From Planctomycetota bacterium (GTDB taxonomy: Bacteria > Planctomycetota > UBA1135 > UBA2386): a stretch of DNA of 64,000 nt. Location of the stretch: contig JAEUHQ010000103.1 of the NCBI GenBank assembly GCA_016794565.1, positions 34,409 through 98,408 of the forward strand, given 5' to 3'. The notes under the pieces were generated by a model that saw only the letters and a list, made by a program, of their open reading frames with translations, did no database searches and had not been told where the DNA came from. Numbering within the stretch: position 1 is the stretch's first letter; each line of letters begins with the position of its first letter. Shown here one piece after another: positions 19,158 through 27,622 of the stretch. The position numbers were made by a program, and so were the translations under genes.

Positions 19158-19301
19158 ATGGCGACGTCCACTCCCCCCGACCTCTGGCTGCTCTTCACCG
19201 CCGGAGCCTCGCTCTGCCTCCTCGCCGCGGCGTGGCGCCTGCGACGCGAGCCCTCGGGACCGGACCGGACCGACGCACCCGGCGCCACTCCGCCGAACTG
19301 A
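19158..19301 (+). CDS. Candidate small membrane protein (47 aa) in a 465-bp intergenic gap
   Basis: MATSTPPDLWLLFTAGASLCLLAAAWRLRREPSG: one hydrophobic helix followed by basic residues (positive-inside). No homology is assessable. Confidence 0.25.
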   Translation: MATSTPPDLWLLFTAGASLCLLAAAWRLRREPSGPDRTDAPGATPPN

Positions 19302-19517
19302 CGCAACGGGCAGAAACGGCGAACGGACGCACCGAGGCGACTCGCGACCGGGGTGGCCACCCCACCGGGGAAAGGCCGAAGGCGGGACGGCGGCGGCGAC
19401 CCGTCCATCGCAGCGCGGCGTTGCCGGAGCGCCCCGGCATCCCGCGACGACCGCCCTCGTTGCCTGCCGTCCGCGGGCTACTATTCGGTGCGCAGCACCT
19501 CGGCTGGCATCCCCCGC

Positions 19518-20636
19518 ATGCGGACCCGCGATTTCTGGACCCTCGCCGCGACGTTGTCGCTCATCGCCAGCCTGGGACTCGTGTTCCTCGGCCAGGAGAC
19601 CTGGGCCGACGGAACGCGCCCCGACGCTCACGAGCCGGCCCACGTCGCGACCTCCGAGACCCGGACCGCGAACGGCGCGCCGACCGACGCCGCCGCGGTC
19701 GTCTCCGCGCAAGGCCCCGAGGCAGCCCCGGCGATCGCTCGCAAGAGCGAAGCAGGGGTCACCGACGCGACGACGGGCGTGATCCGCGGCGACATCCCGA
19801 TCGCCGTGTCGATCCTCGACCGCATCCAGTCGATCACGATCCACGTCGAAGAGGGACGCAACGCGATCGACGGCGACGGCCAGTTCCGGCCGCGACGCAC
19901 GTTCCTCGAACACGCGAAGCTCGGTCCGGGCACGCCGACGTTCGAAGTGCGCAACGTCCCGTTCTCGGAGTATCCGTGGATCGTCACGGCCTTCGCGCCC
20001 GGCCTGAACGGCGGCCGCGCGACCGTGATGCTGAACGCCGAGCATCCCGTCGCGGACGTCGCTCTGCCCGTCACCCCGGCGGCGCCGTTCACCATCCTGC
20101 TGCGCGACCAGGACCAGGCGCCGTACGTCGGCGTCGAGATCGTGCTGCAGCCCGTCGGCGAACCCGCCGGCCGCCCGAAGAAGGTCGCGACGACGGACTC
20201 GTACGGCAGCGCGGTCTACGAGGATCTGCTCGGCGGCGAGTACCGCGCGTTCCTCTCGATCGCCGGCCAGCCTCTCGAGGATCCGCAGTCCTTCGTGGTC
20301 CCGACCGCGACGCACGTCGTCGCGAGCACGGTGCAGGGCCATGGCACTACGATCACCATCGCGCGCGGCATGCCGCTGCAGGTTCGGGTCGCGGACGTTC
20401 GCGGCTACGGACTCGCCGACGTGACGGTCACCGCCACCGCGACGGATCAGGTCCGGCACAAGGCGATCGAACTCACCACGGATGCGACCGGCGTCGTCAC
20501 ATTCCCGCGCCTCCTGCCCGGCACGTGGCAGATCGACGTCCAGCGCACCGACTACCAGCGCAGCACGCGGCAGGTCACCGCCCGCGCCGGCGAACCGATC
20601 GAACCGATCGAGTTCCAGCTCGTCCGCCTGCGCTGA
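19518..20636 (+). CDS. Signal-anchored protein with carboxypeptidase-regulatory-like (CarboxypepD_reg / Cna-B-like) beta-sandwich repeats (372 aa)
   Basis: ATG at 19518, N-terminal anchor MRTRDFWTLAATLSLIASLGLVFLG. Repeats of the type TDATGVVTFPRLLPGTWQIDVQRTDYQ and VTDATTGVIRGDI. The upstream ORF portion is R-rich artefact. Confidence 0.55.
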   Translation: MRTRDFWTLAATLSLIASLGLVFLGQETWADGTRPDAHEPAHVATSETRTANGAPTDAAAVVSAQGPEAAPAIARKSEAGVTDATTGVIRGDIPIAVSILDRIQSITIHVEEGRNAIDGDGQFRPRRTFLEHAKLGPGTPTFEVRNVPFSEYPWIVTAFAPGLNGGRATVMLNAEHPVADVALPVTPAAPFTILLRDQDQAPYVGVEIVLQPVGEPAGRPKKVATTDSYGSAVYEDLLGGEYRAFLSIAGQPLEDPQSFVVPTATHVVASTVQGHGTTITIARGMPLQVRVADVRGYGLADVTVTATATDQVRHKAIELTTDATGVVTFPRLLPGTWQIDVQRTDYQRSTRQVTARAGEPIEPIEFQLVRLR

Positions 20637-20711
20637 TTCGTACCGCCGGCACAGATCGTCAACGGCGATCGCTTCCGACGCGTCGTTGGCTTGGGTAGAT
20701 TCCGCCGGCCC

Positions 20712-21191
20712 ATGGCCCAGCCGCTCGTCGACCTCGCCGCCCTCGACCTGAGCAGGAACGTCGTCAGCGAAGAGGATCTGCGCCAGGTGCTCCCGCATCG
20801 GGGAACTTTCCAGCTGCTCGACGGCGTGTGCCACCTCGACCTCGAGCAAGGCGTGGCGGTCGGCTACAAGGACTGGCCGGCCGATGCCTGGTGGGCGAAG
20901 GATCACGTGCCGGGCAAGCCTCTGATGCCGGGCGTCCTGATGATCGAAGGCGCTGCCCAGATCGCGACGTTCCTCGTCAAGAAGGTCGCATCGTGGGAGA
21001 TCGACCGCTTCGTCGGACTCGCCGGCGTGAACGACGTGCGCGTGCGCGGCCAAGTCGTGCCGCCGGCGCGCGTCTACTTCGTGAGCGGCAACTGCAAGGT
21101 CTCGGGTCGCCGCATGGCGCGCATGCCGGCGCAGGTCTTCTGCAACGGGCAGATGACGATGGAACTCGAACTGCTCGGGGTGATGTTGTGA
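20712..21191 (+). CDS. FabZ/FabA-like 3-hydroxyacyl-ACP dehydratase (hotdog fold; 159 aa)
   Basis: MAQPLVDLAALDL...LPHRGTFQLLDGV...HVPGKPLMPGVLMIEGAAQ matches the dehydratase active-site His region and hotdog helix. Confidence 0.65.
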   Translation: MAQPLVDLAALDLSRNVVSEEDLRQVLPHRGTFQLLDGVCHLDLEQGVAVGYKDWPADAWWAKDHVPGKPLMPGVLMIEGAAQIATFLVKKVASWEIDRFVGLAGVNDVRVRGQVVPPARVYFVSGNCKVSGRRMARMPAQVFCNGQMTMELELLGVML

Positions 21192-23092
21192 CCGCTGCCG
21201 CAGCGGCCGCACCGGCGCCGCTGCCGCGCTGGTTCCTGCTGCTGCCGCTCGTCGTCGCCGCCGCCTGGTGGCCGCTGGCGCCGTACTGGAAGAGCGACGA
21301 CTTCCTGATGCTGCACCACGCGAACGACGCGGCGCGCGTGCTCGGCGACTTCGTCGGACCGCAGTACGGCGCGACCGACGTCTGGTACTTCTGGCGCCCG
21401 CTGATGACGGCGAGCTTCTGGCTCGAACTGCAGCTCGGCGGCGGGCCGTCGCCGATGCTGTCGCACACGACGAACGTGCTCGTGCACGCGGGCAGCGCGC
21501 TGCTCGTGGCCCTCCTGTGGCGGCGCTGGATCGGCGGAGCGCGCGGTTTCGTCGCCGGCCTCGTCTGGGGACTGATGCCGGGACACGAAGGCGCCATCAC
21601 GTGGGCCGTGGGCCGCAGCGACGTGCACGGCACGTTCTGGTCGCTGCTCGCGATGCTGTGGTTCTGTCGGCGTCTCGAGGGGCGCGCACCGTGGTGGCCG
21701 TCGCTCCTCGCGACGACGTGTGCGCTGATGACGAAGGAGATCGCGTTCGTGCTGCCGGCCGCGGCGACACTGCTCGCGTACTGCCGCGATCCGGGTCGCG
21801 GTGCAGGCACCGCCCTGCGCGCGGCGGCGCCGATCTGGGCGGTCTTCGCGGTGTGTTTCGGATGGCGATTCCTCGCGCTCGGTCGCCTCGGCGGCTACGG
21901 CGACATGCCGCTCGCGCCGCTCCCGATGCTGCTCGGCTTCGGCCACGTCGTCGCCGACCTGCTCGTACCGCTGCGCTACGCGGGAGCGACAGCGTCGCAC
22001 TGGGCGTGGCTCGGCGCGGCGCCGGTCGCGCTCGTGATGCTCTGGCACTTCGCGCGCGGCGGTCCGCGGCGGCTCGCCGCGTCGACCGCGATGTTCGTCG
22101 CCGCGTGTGCGCCGATGGCGCCGTTCTTCGCCGCCTTCGCGAACACGCACAACCTCCGCTACTACTGCCTCCCCACCGCCGCGCTCGCCGGACTGTTCGC
22201 GCTGCCGCACCGCTGGTCCGCCGCCGCGCTGCTGCTGCTCGCGGCGTGGACCGCGCCGTTCGTCGCGCTGCGCAGCGCGGTGCACGACGCCGACGCGAAG
22301 GCGCGCGCAATGCACGGTGCCCTGCTGCAGCTCGCCCGCACCACGCCCACCGAACCGATCTTCGTCGCCGGTCTGCCGACCAGCGAAGGCGCCGCGGCCG
22401 TCGTCTTCCACTTCGGCGTGGACCGCATGCTGGCGCCGCCCTTCACGGAGCGGACCCACCGGTTGCTGCCGCTGCGGCCGGTCGTCGCCGGCGGATTCTC
22501 GCTCGGCGAGGATCGTGCGGACTTCGAGGCGCTGCCGGCAGGTTCGACGTGGCAGTTCGCGCGACCCGATCTGCTCGCGCAGCGGACCGCAGTGTCGCCG
22601 TTGCCCGACCTGCCGATCGCCGGTGACGACCGCGGCGTCGTCGACGTGACCTCCGGGCGTCTCGCGGCGATGGAGAAGGACGAGCGCGGCCTGTGCCTCG
22701 ACACCGGCGTCGCGCGGACTCAGGCCTGCCGGCTCACGATCTTCACGGCGCTCGGCTACCTCGCATGCCTGTTCCCCGACCACGGGAAGGAAGGCGAACG
22801 GCACGGCGCCATCGACATGCTGCAGTTCTTCGCCGGCGAGCGTGCGCTCGGCCTGCCGCCCGAGACGGCACGGCCCACGTTCGCTTCGTTCGCCCCCGGC
22901 GCGTTCGCGACCTTCGCGCTCGGCATCCCGACCACCCACGACCTCGTGCCCGAGTTCCCCGCGCTCGTCGAAGTCGGCTCGATGCAGGGCGACACGTTCG
23001 TGCCGTCGCACAGGGCCCGCCGGCTGTTGACGCTCCGCTTCGACCGCGGCTATCAGGCATGGGTCCGGCGCGCTTTCAACCTCGGCGGCTGA
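21188..23092 (+). CDS. GT-C superfamily membrane glycosyltransferase (ArnT/PMT-like), GTG start overlapping the FabZ-like stop (634 aa)
   Basis: ~10 transmembrane helices in the N-terminal 400 aa, then a soluble C-terminal domain. GTG at 21188 overlaps TGA 21189-21191 (GTGA), and no in-frame ATG lies nearby. The upstream part of the ORF is R-rich artefact. Confidence 0.6.
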   Translation: MTAAAAAAPAPLPRWFLLLPLVVAAAWWPLAPYWKSDDFLMLHHANDAARVLGDFVGPQYGATDVWYFWRPLMTASFWLELQLGGGPSPMLSHTTNVLVHAGSALLVALLWRRWIGGARGFVAGLVWGLMPGHEGAITWAVGRSDVHGTFWSLLAMLWFCRRLEGRAPWWPSLLATTCALMTKEIAFVLPAAATLLAYCRDPGRGAGTALRAAAPIWAVFAVCFGWRFLALGRLGGYGDMPLAPLPMLLGFGHVVADLLVPLRYAGATASHWAWLGAAPVALVMLWHFARGGPRRLAASTAMFVAACAPMAPFFAAFANTHNLRYYCLPTAALAGLFALPHRWSAAALLLLAAWTAPFVALRSAVHDADAKARAMHGALLQLARTTPTEPIFVAGLPTSEGAAAVVFHFGVDRMLAPPFTERTHRLLPLRPVVAGGFSLGEDRADFEALPAGSTWQFARPDLLAQRTAVSPLPDLPIAGDDRGVVDVTSGRLAAMEKDERGLCLDTGVARTQACRLTIFTALGYLACLFPDHGKEGERHGAIDMLQFFAGERALGLPPETARPTFASFAPGAFATFALGIPTTHDLVPEFPALVEVGSMQGDTFVPSHRARRLLTLRFDRGYQAWVRRAFNLGG

Positions 23093-23135
23093 ACCCGCGG
23101 AGCGATTCGATATCCTGCGCCCCCCCACGGACGGC

Positions 23136-24803
23136 ATGCACCCAGCGACCCCGATGACCACGCCGACCCCGCCCGCCGCGTTGCGTGGGTTGCCGAGCAA
23201 CGTCGGGTGGACACTGACCGCGTTCGTCGTCGTCGCGCTGCTGATCCGCCTCCCCTTCCTCGACCACAGTGTGTGGTTCGACGAAGCATGCATGGCGAAC
23301 CAGCGCATCGGCACCTGGCCGCAGCTGCTGGCCGTTCTGTATCGCGACATCCATCCGCCGCTGTACGTCGCGTTCATGTTCTGCTGGAACAGCGTGTTCG
23401 GCGACGGCGAGGCGTCGATGCGCATGCCGCCGCTGATCGCCGGCCTCGTGTCCATCCCGCTCACGTACTGGGCCGGGCACCGGCTCGTCGGCCGCAACGC
23501 GGCGTTGTGGGCGTCGATGTTCCTCGCCCTCTCGCCCGTGCACGTCTGGTACTCGGGGGAAGCGCGCCTCTACGCGCCCATGGTCGCATGCGCGCTCGTC
23601 GCCGTCGGCACCTTCGATCGGATCCTCGATCCGACCCTGCCGCGCCGTCGCTGGCTGTGGTGGGTGCACCTCGCGAACGTCGCGGTGATGCTCTCGCTGC
23701 ACTACTACCTCGCGGTGCTGGTCGTCCTGCTGGCGGTAGCGGCCCCGCTGCTGCGCGGCTTCGACCGTACGGCGGTCGCCATCACGCTGTGGCACGGCGT
23801 CGGGCTGCTGCTGCTCGGCGCATTCGCAGCCGCGAAGATCGCGATCGGCGAGCTGGCGACCGACCAGGACTACCTCCGCGCCATGACCGCGAAGGAGCTG
23901 TACCTGTTCGTGTTCGACTGGTGCTGGACGGGGCACACGCTGCTCGCGGTCGACAACCTGCTCGACGACCTGGCCGCGTGGTCGCAGGAGGCGATCGGGA
24001 TCGTGCTGATCGCAGTGGGCGTCGTCCAGCTCGTGAAGGCTCGCCGAGCTCAGCCGGCGGGGCTGCTCGTTCCAGCGTTCGCGCTCGCGATCCCGACCTT
24101 CCTGTGGGGCGCTGCTCTCGTCGGCCTCGACAAGACGTACATCGAACGCAGTGCGCTGCCGTCGCTGCCGTTCGTCTACCTTCTCGCCGGCTGCGGACTC
24201 GCGAACCTGCCTTCGACGGCGCGCCGCACGGTCGGCGGCGCCGTGCTCCTCCTCTGCATCGCATCCCTCATCGCGCTGCACGCGTTCCACCAGGAGCACT
24301 GGACGGTCTACAAGCCGCACCCCGACTGGCGATCCGCCACCGCGTACCTGTCGCGCGAGATCGACCACGACGGCGCCGGGCGCGCGGTCTTCACGTCGAC
24401 TCCGAATCCACGATCGCTGTCGTACTACGACGACCGCATCCAGCACGTGCAGAACCTGACTTCGCCCGAGACCCCGGAGGCCGTCGGCGAGAAGGTCCGC
24501 AAGAGGCTCGGCCGGACCATCGGCGACTACGCCGAGGGCGTCTTCCGCGAGTTCGTCGCGCACGACGCCCGCCTGCTCGCGAATGCGAAGATGCTCGTGC
24601 ACCGGAGCGCCAGCGACCCGGACCGGCTACGTGCGCTCGCGCCGATGCCCGACGGCATCTGCTATCTCGTGCGCGACCACTGGCACCCGAACCCGGCCGT
24701 CGACCACACGATCGAGGACCTTCTCGTGAACCCGCGGGTGCAGGTGCTCGAGAGCAGACACTTCGTCGCGGTCTCCGTGCACAAGGTGAGGCTCTTGCCG
24801 TGA
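23136..24803 (+). CDS. GT-C glycosyltransferase of the ArnT/PMT (GT39/GT83) type (555 aa)
   Basis: First periplasmic loop carries a DE motif (VWFDEACMANQR) followed by IHPPLYVAFMF, as in 4-amino-arabinose and protein-O-mannosyl transferases. Multi-pass N-terminus plus a ~200-aa soluble C-terminal domain. Confidence 0.7.
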   Translation: MHPATPMTTPTPPAALRGLPSNVGWTLTAFVVVALLIRLPFLDHSVWFDEACMANQRIGTWPQLLAVLYRDIHPPLYVAFMFCWNSVFGDGEASMRMPPLIAGLVSIPLTYWAGHRLVGRNAALWASMFLALSPVHVWYSGEARLYAPMVACALVAVGTFDRILDPTLPRRRWLWWVHLANVAVMLSLHYYLAVLVVLLAVAAPLLRGFDRTAVAITLWHGVGLLLLGAFAAAKIAIGELATDQDYLRAMTAKELYLFVFDWCWTGHTLLAVDNLLDDLAAWSQEAIGIVLIAVGVVQLVKARRAQPAGLLVPAFALAIPTFLWGAALVGLDKTYIERSALPSLPFVYLLAGCGLANLPSTARRTVGGAVLLLCIASLIALHAFHQEHWTVYKPHPDWRSATAYLSREIDHDGAGRAVFTSTPNPRSLSYYDDRIQHVQNLTSPETPEAVGEKVRKRLGRTIGDYAEGVFREFVAHDARLLANAKMLVHRSASDPDRLRALAPMPDGICYLVRDHWHPNPAVDHTIEDLLVNPRVQVLESRHFVAVSVHKVRLLP

Positions 24804-25543
24804 CCGACGGCCCGACCGGCGCCATCGATCCCGAGCTGTCGGTCGTCGTCGCGTGCTATCAGGAGGAACGGCACCTCCGGGACTCGGTTCGCGAGCTGAC
24901 GACCACGCTCACCGCTCTCGGCCGCGCGTTCGAGCTGATCTTCGTCGAGGATGCGAGCGAGGACGGCACCGCGTCGGTCGTGCGCGACATCGTGGCGGAG
25001 CGACCGGAAGCACGCGCGATCTTCCACTCCGCGAACGTCGGCCGCGGGGGCACGGTGACCGAGGGCTTCCTCGCCGCGCGCGGCCGGGTCGTCGGCTTCC
25101 TCGACATCGACCTCGAAGTGCACTGCCGCCACCTGCCGGCGCTCCTCGCGGCGATCGACGCGGGCGCCGACGGGGCCACGGCGTTCCGTCACTACCGGGC
25201 GAGCCTGTGGCCGCCACACCTGCTGCGCGAACTGCTCAGCAAGGGCTACCGGTGGCTGTTCCGCCGCATGTTCGACGTGCCGTTCCACGACCCGGAAGCA
25301 GGGTTCAAGTTCTTCGTCCGCGAGAGGATCGTGCCCGTCGTCCGCACGACGCAGGACCGCGGCTGGTTCTGGGACAGCGAGATCATGGTGCTCGCCCACC
25401 GAGCCGGCCTCCGCGTCGTGGAGGTGCCGTGCCCGTTCGAGCGACGCACCGACAAGAAGTCGACCGTGCGTCTGTTCCGCGACGTGTGGCGCTACCTCGT
25501 CGCGATGCGTGCGTTCCGCGCACGGCTGCGCGCCGGGCGCTGA
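24800..25543 (+). CDS. GT2 polyprenol-phosphate glycosyltransferase (ArnC/DPM1/GtrB-like; 247 aa), GTG start overlapping upstream stop
   Basis: LSVVVACYQEE...FELIFVEDASEDGT...FLDIDLE are the GT-A DXD-type motifs of polyprenyl-phosphate sugar synthases. GTG 24800 overlaps TGA 24801-24803. Confidence 0.7.
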   Translation: MTDGPTGAIDPELSVVVACYQEERHLRDSVRELTTTLTALGRAFELIFVEDASEDGTASVVRDIVAERPEARAIFHSANVGRGGTVTEGFLAARGRVVGFLDIDLEVHCRHLPALLAAIDAGADGATAFRHYRASLWPPHLLRELLSKGYRWLFRRMFDVPFHDPEAGFKFFVRERIVPVVRTTQDRGWFWDSEIMVLAHRAGLRVVEVPCPFERRTDKKSTVRLFRDVWRYLVAMRAFRARLRAGR

Positions 25544-25546
25544 CCG

Positions 25547-26209
25547 TCACTCGGCGAACAACTGCACATCGAGCTGCAGCGACAGCCCGACCAGGTCCTC
25601 GAGGACACGCGGCTCGATCGCGAAGCCGCCCATCCGCTCCACGCAGCCGCGCAGCTGCACGGTCACGCCCGCCCACGTGACGCCCCGCATCGCAGCGACA
25701 TCGCGCCAGCCGCTGCGTGCGCGCAGCAGCGCGAGGAGCTCCGCGACCTTCTCCTCCGGCCAGTGGAAGCCGCGCGGCAGCACCTCGTGGATCCACAAGC
25801 CTTCGTCACGCACGTGCCGGCCGTGCGGGCCGGACTCGCCTTTCGCGAACGCACGCGTCGGCGCGAGGTCGAGTGCACGCGTGATGCGATCGGGCGGGAC
25901 GTCGTCGAGCACGAGACGCAGGCCGACGACCGCACCCGGCACGACGGTGAGCTCGCGTTCGTCCCAGCGCTCCCCCGTGCGGCGCCACTGCACCTCGAGG
26001 AAGAACGAATCCGGCTGCAGCCGGTAGCTCGTCACGCCGCGGTCGCCGTCCTGGTGCACGCGTCCCGGCGACGCGTGGCCCCACGCCGGCTGGCGCTCGA
26101 CGAGGGCGCGCACGAGGTCGTTGTTGCTGCAGCGCAGCCGCGACAGCGGCAGGTTCGGCAGCGCCCCGGCGGTCACTTCACGCCTCCGTCGCCGAGCCGC
26201 CCGCAGCAC
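25547..26209 (-). CDS. Hypothetical protein (start uncertain; possible GTG at 26176)
   Basis: Non-artefactual composition in the C-terminal ~170 aa. Overlaps the 3' end of the Pus10-like gene; convergent with the GT2 gene (4-nt gap). Confidence 0.45.
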   Translation of the reverse strand: MLRAARRRRREVTAGALPNLPLSRLRCSNNDLVRALVERQPAWGHASPGRVHQDGDRGVTSYRLQPDSFFLEVQWRRTGERWDERELTVVPGAVVGLRLVLDDVPPDRITRALDLAPTRAFAKGESGPHGRHVRDEGLWIHEVLPRGFHWPEEKVAELLALLRARSGWRDVAAMRGVTWAGVTVQLRGCVERMGGFAIEPRVLEDLVGLSLQLDVQLFAE

Positions 26210-27023
26210 CCGGCAACGGCCCTTGCACGTCGTCCGTCAGGATCTCCTCGACGTCGAGCACGGCGCAGGTGCAGGGCACCTGCAGCAGCGACGACAGCGA
26301 CGGGGAGGTGCGCCCTTCGTCGCCGGAGATCCACTCCTTCACGTACGTCCCGTGCTGGCACGACACGCGCAGTTCGAGGGAGTCGGGCGTGAGCGCGCGG
26401 AGGTCGAGAATGCGGACGTCGCGGATGCGATCGAGATCGGCCCGGCGATGCGAGACGCGTTGCGGCGTGCGCTGCACGATCGTGCCCGCGAACGTCGACG
26501 CCGCGGCGAGTGCCTCCGGCGTCGGCGCCGCGGAGCACGCGACTTCGGCGCGGTAGATCTTGTCGAAGTTGGTCTGCTTCCAGTAGACGACGCGCTCGCG
26601 CGTCACGCGCACGAACGGCGCGAGTTCGATGGCGCCTTCGGAGCGGGCGACGATGTCCTGCCGCAGCGCCTCGAGGTCGAGGTCCGGGCGCCGGGCGCCG
26701 ACGACCTCGAACACGAACGGCCGGCCGCGGCCCAGCATCAGCACGTCGATGTCCTCGCGCCCCGCGCCGTGGAAGCTGCCTGCCTTCGCCTGCATCTGCG
26801 GCAGCACGCGGCGGGCGATGATCTCCTGCACCGACTCCTTCGTCAGCTTGCCGAAGCCATCGCACTGCGGGCAGTCCTTGCGACGCCGCCGATCGCCCTT
26901 GCAGCGCGGGCAGTAGAAGACCGTCTGCGGCAGTCCGCGGCGCAGCTTGCGGTAGCGCGACTCGAGCCAGACGTCGGTGCGCGGGGTCGGGAACGAGAGA
27001 TCGGTCGGCAGCGGCTCTGCCAT
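26178..27023 (-). CDS. Minimal Pus10-like tRNA pseudouridine synthase (281 aa; zinc ribbon plus catalytic domain, no THUMP)
   Basis: CPRCKGDRRRRKDCPQCDGFG is a CxxC...CxxC zinc ribbon. FHGAGREDIDVLMLGRGRPFVFEV matches my recollection of the Pus10 catalytic-Asp motif (GREDVDVRMLG.GRPF). Confidence 0.55.
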   Translation of the reverse strand: MAEPLPTDLSFPTPRTDVWLESRYRKLRRGLPQTVFYCPRCKGDRRRRKDCPQCDGFGKLTKESVQEIIARRVLPQMQAKAGSFHGAGREDIDVLMLGRGRPFVFEVVGARRPDLDLEALRQDIVARSEGAIELAPFVRVTRERVVYWKQTNFDKIYRAEVACSAAPTPEALAAASTFAGTIVQRTPQRVSHRRADLDRIRDVRILDLRALTPDSLELRVSCQHGTYVKEWISGDEGRTSPSLSSLLQVPCTCAVLDVEEILTDDVQGPLPGAAGGSATEA

Positions 27024-27081
27024 GGGGCGGGCAAGTGTGCCCCTCGTTCGACCGGAGGCAAGCGCCGCGAGCCGCGCGGGG

Positions 27082-27510
27082 TCAGCTGGTCGCCGGCGCC
27101 GGGGCGGCCTGTCGGTTCTGCTTGCGCAGCGTCGAGTTCTTGCGTTCCGTCCGGCGCTCGAGGAAACGGCCCAGCAGGCCGAAGAACTCGCGCACGTCGA
27201 TCGGCACCTGCAGGAACGAGTGGATGTTGCACTTGCTCTTCTCGACGGCCATGTCGCGCACGTTGCGCGGCGCCGTCAGGACGAACAGCTCGCTGCTCGT
27301 GTCGAACGAGCGCAGGTGGTGCAACAGCTTGACGGTGTCCTTCTCACGCGGATCGACGCCGAGGAAGACGCAGTCGAAGGCCTTGCCGCGCGCTTCATTG
27401 ATGCCCGCGTAACCCGTGCCGACGGTCACGTGGAACTCGGGGAACTGCTGCAGACCGACCTTCACCTGGTCGCGCACCAGAGGATCCTTCTCGACGAGCA
27501 ACACTTCCAT
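27082..27510 (-). CDS. Single-domain response regulator receiver protein (143 aa)
   Basis: Start MEVLLVEKDP (cat at 27508-27510). Putative phospho-acceptor Asp in FDCVFLGVDP and conserved T/S in FVLTAP. The ORF's 5' extension is a Pro/Ser-rich artefact. Confidence 0.65.
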   Translation of the reverse strand: MEVLLVEKDPLVRDQVKVGLQQFPEFHVTVGTGYAGINEARGKAFDCVFLGVDPREKDTVKLLHHLRSFDTSSELFVLTAPRNVRDMAVEKSKCNIHSFLQVPIDVREFFGLLGRFLERRTERKNSTLRKQNRQAAPAPATS

Positions 27511-27622
27511 GGCGGAGCCTGCTATCGGCACCTCCGGGGTCCGCCGCGCACGTTCTCGCGGTCGCGGCGATGGCATCGGGCGCTTGACCTGCTCCCTGCC
27601 GTGCAGTGTCGTGCCCGCGCCC

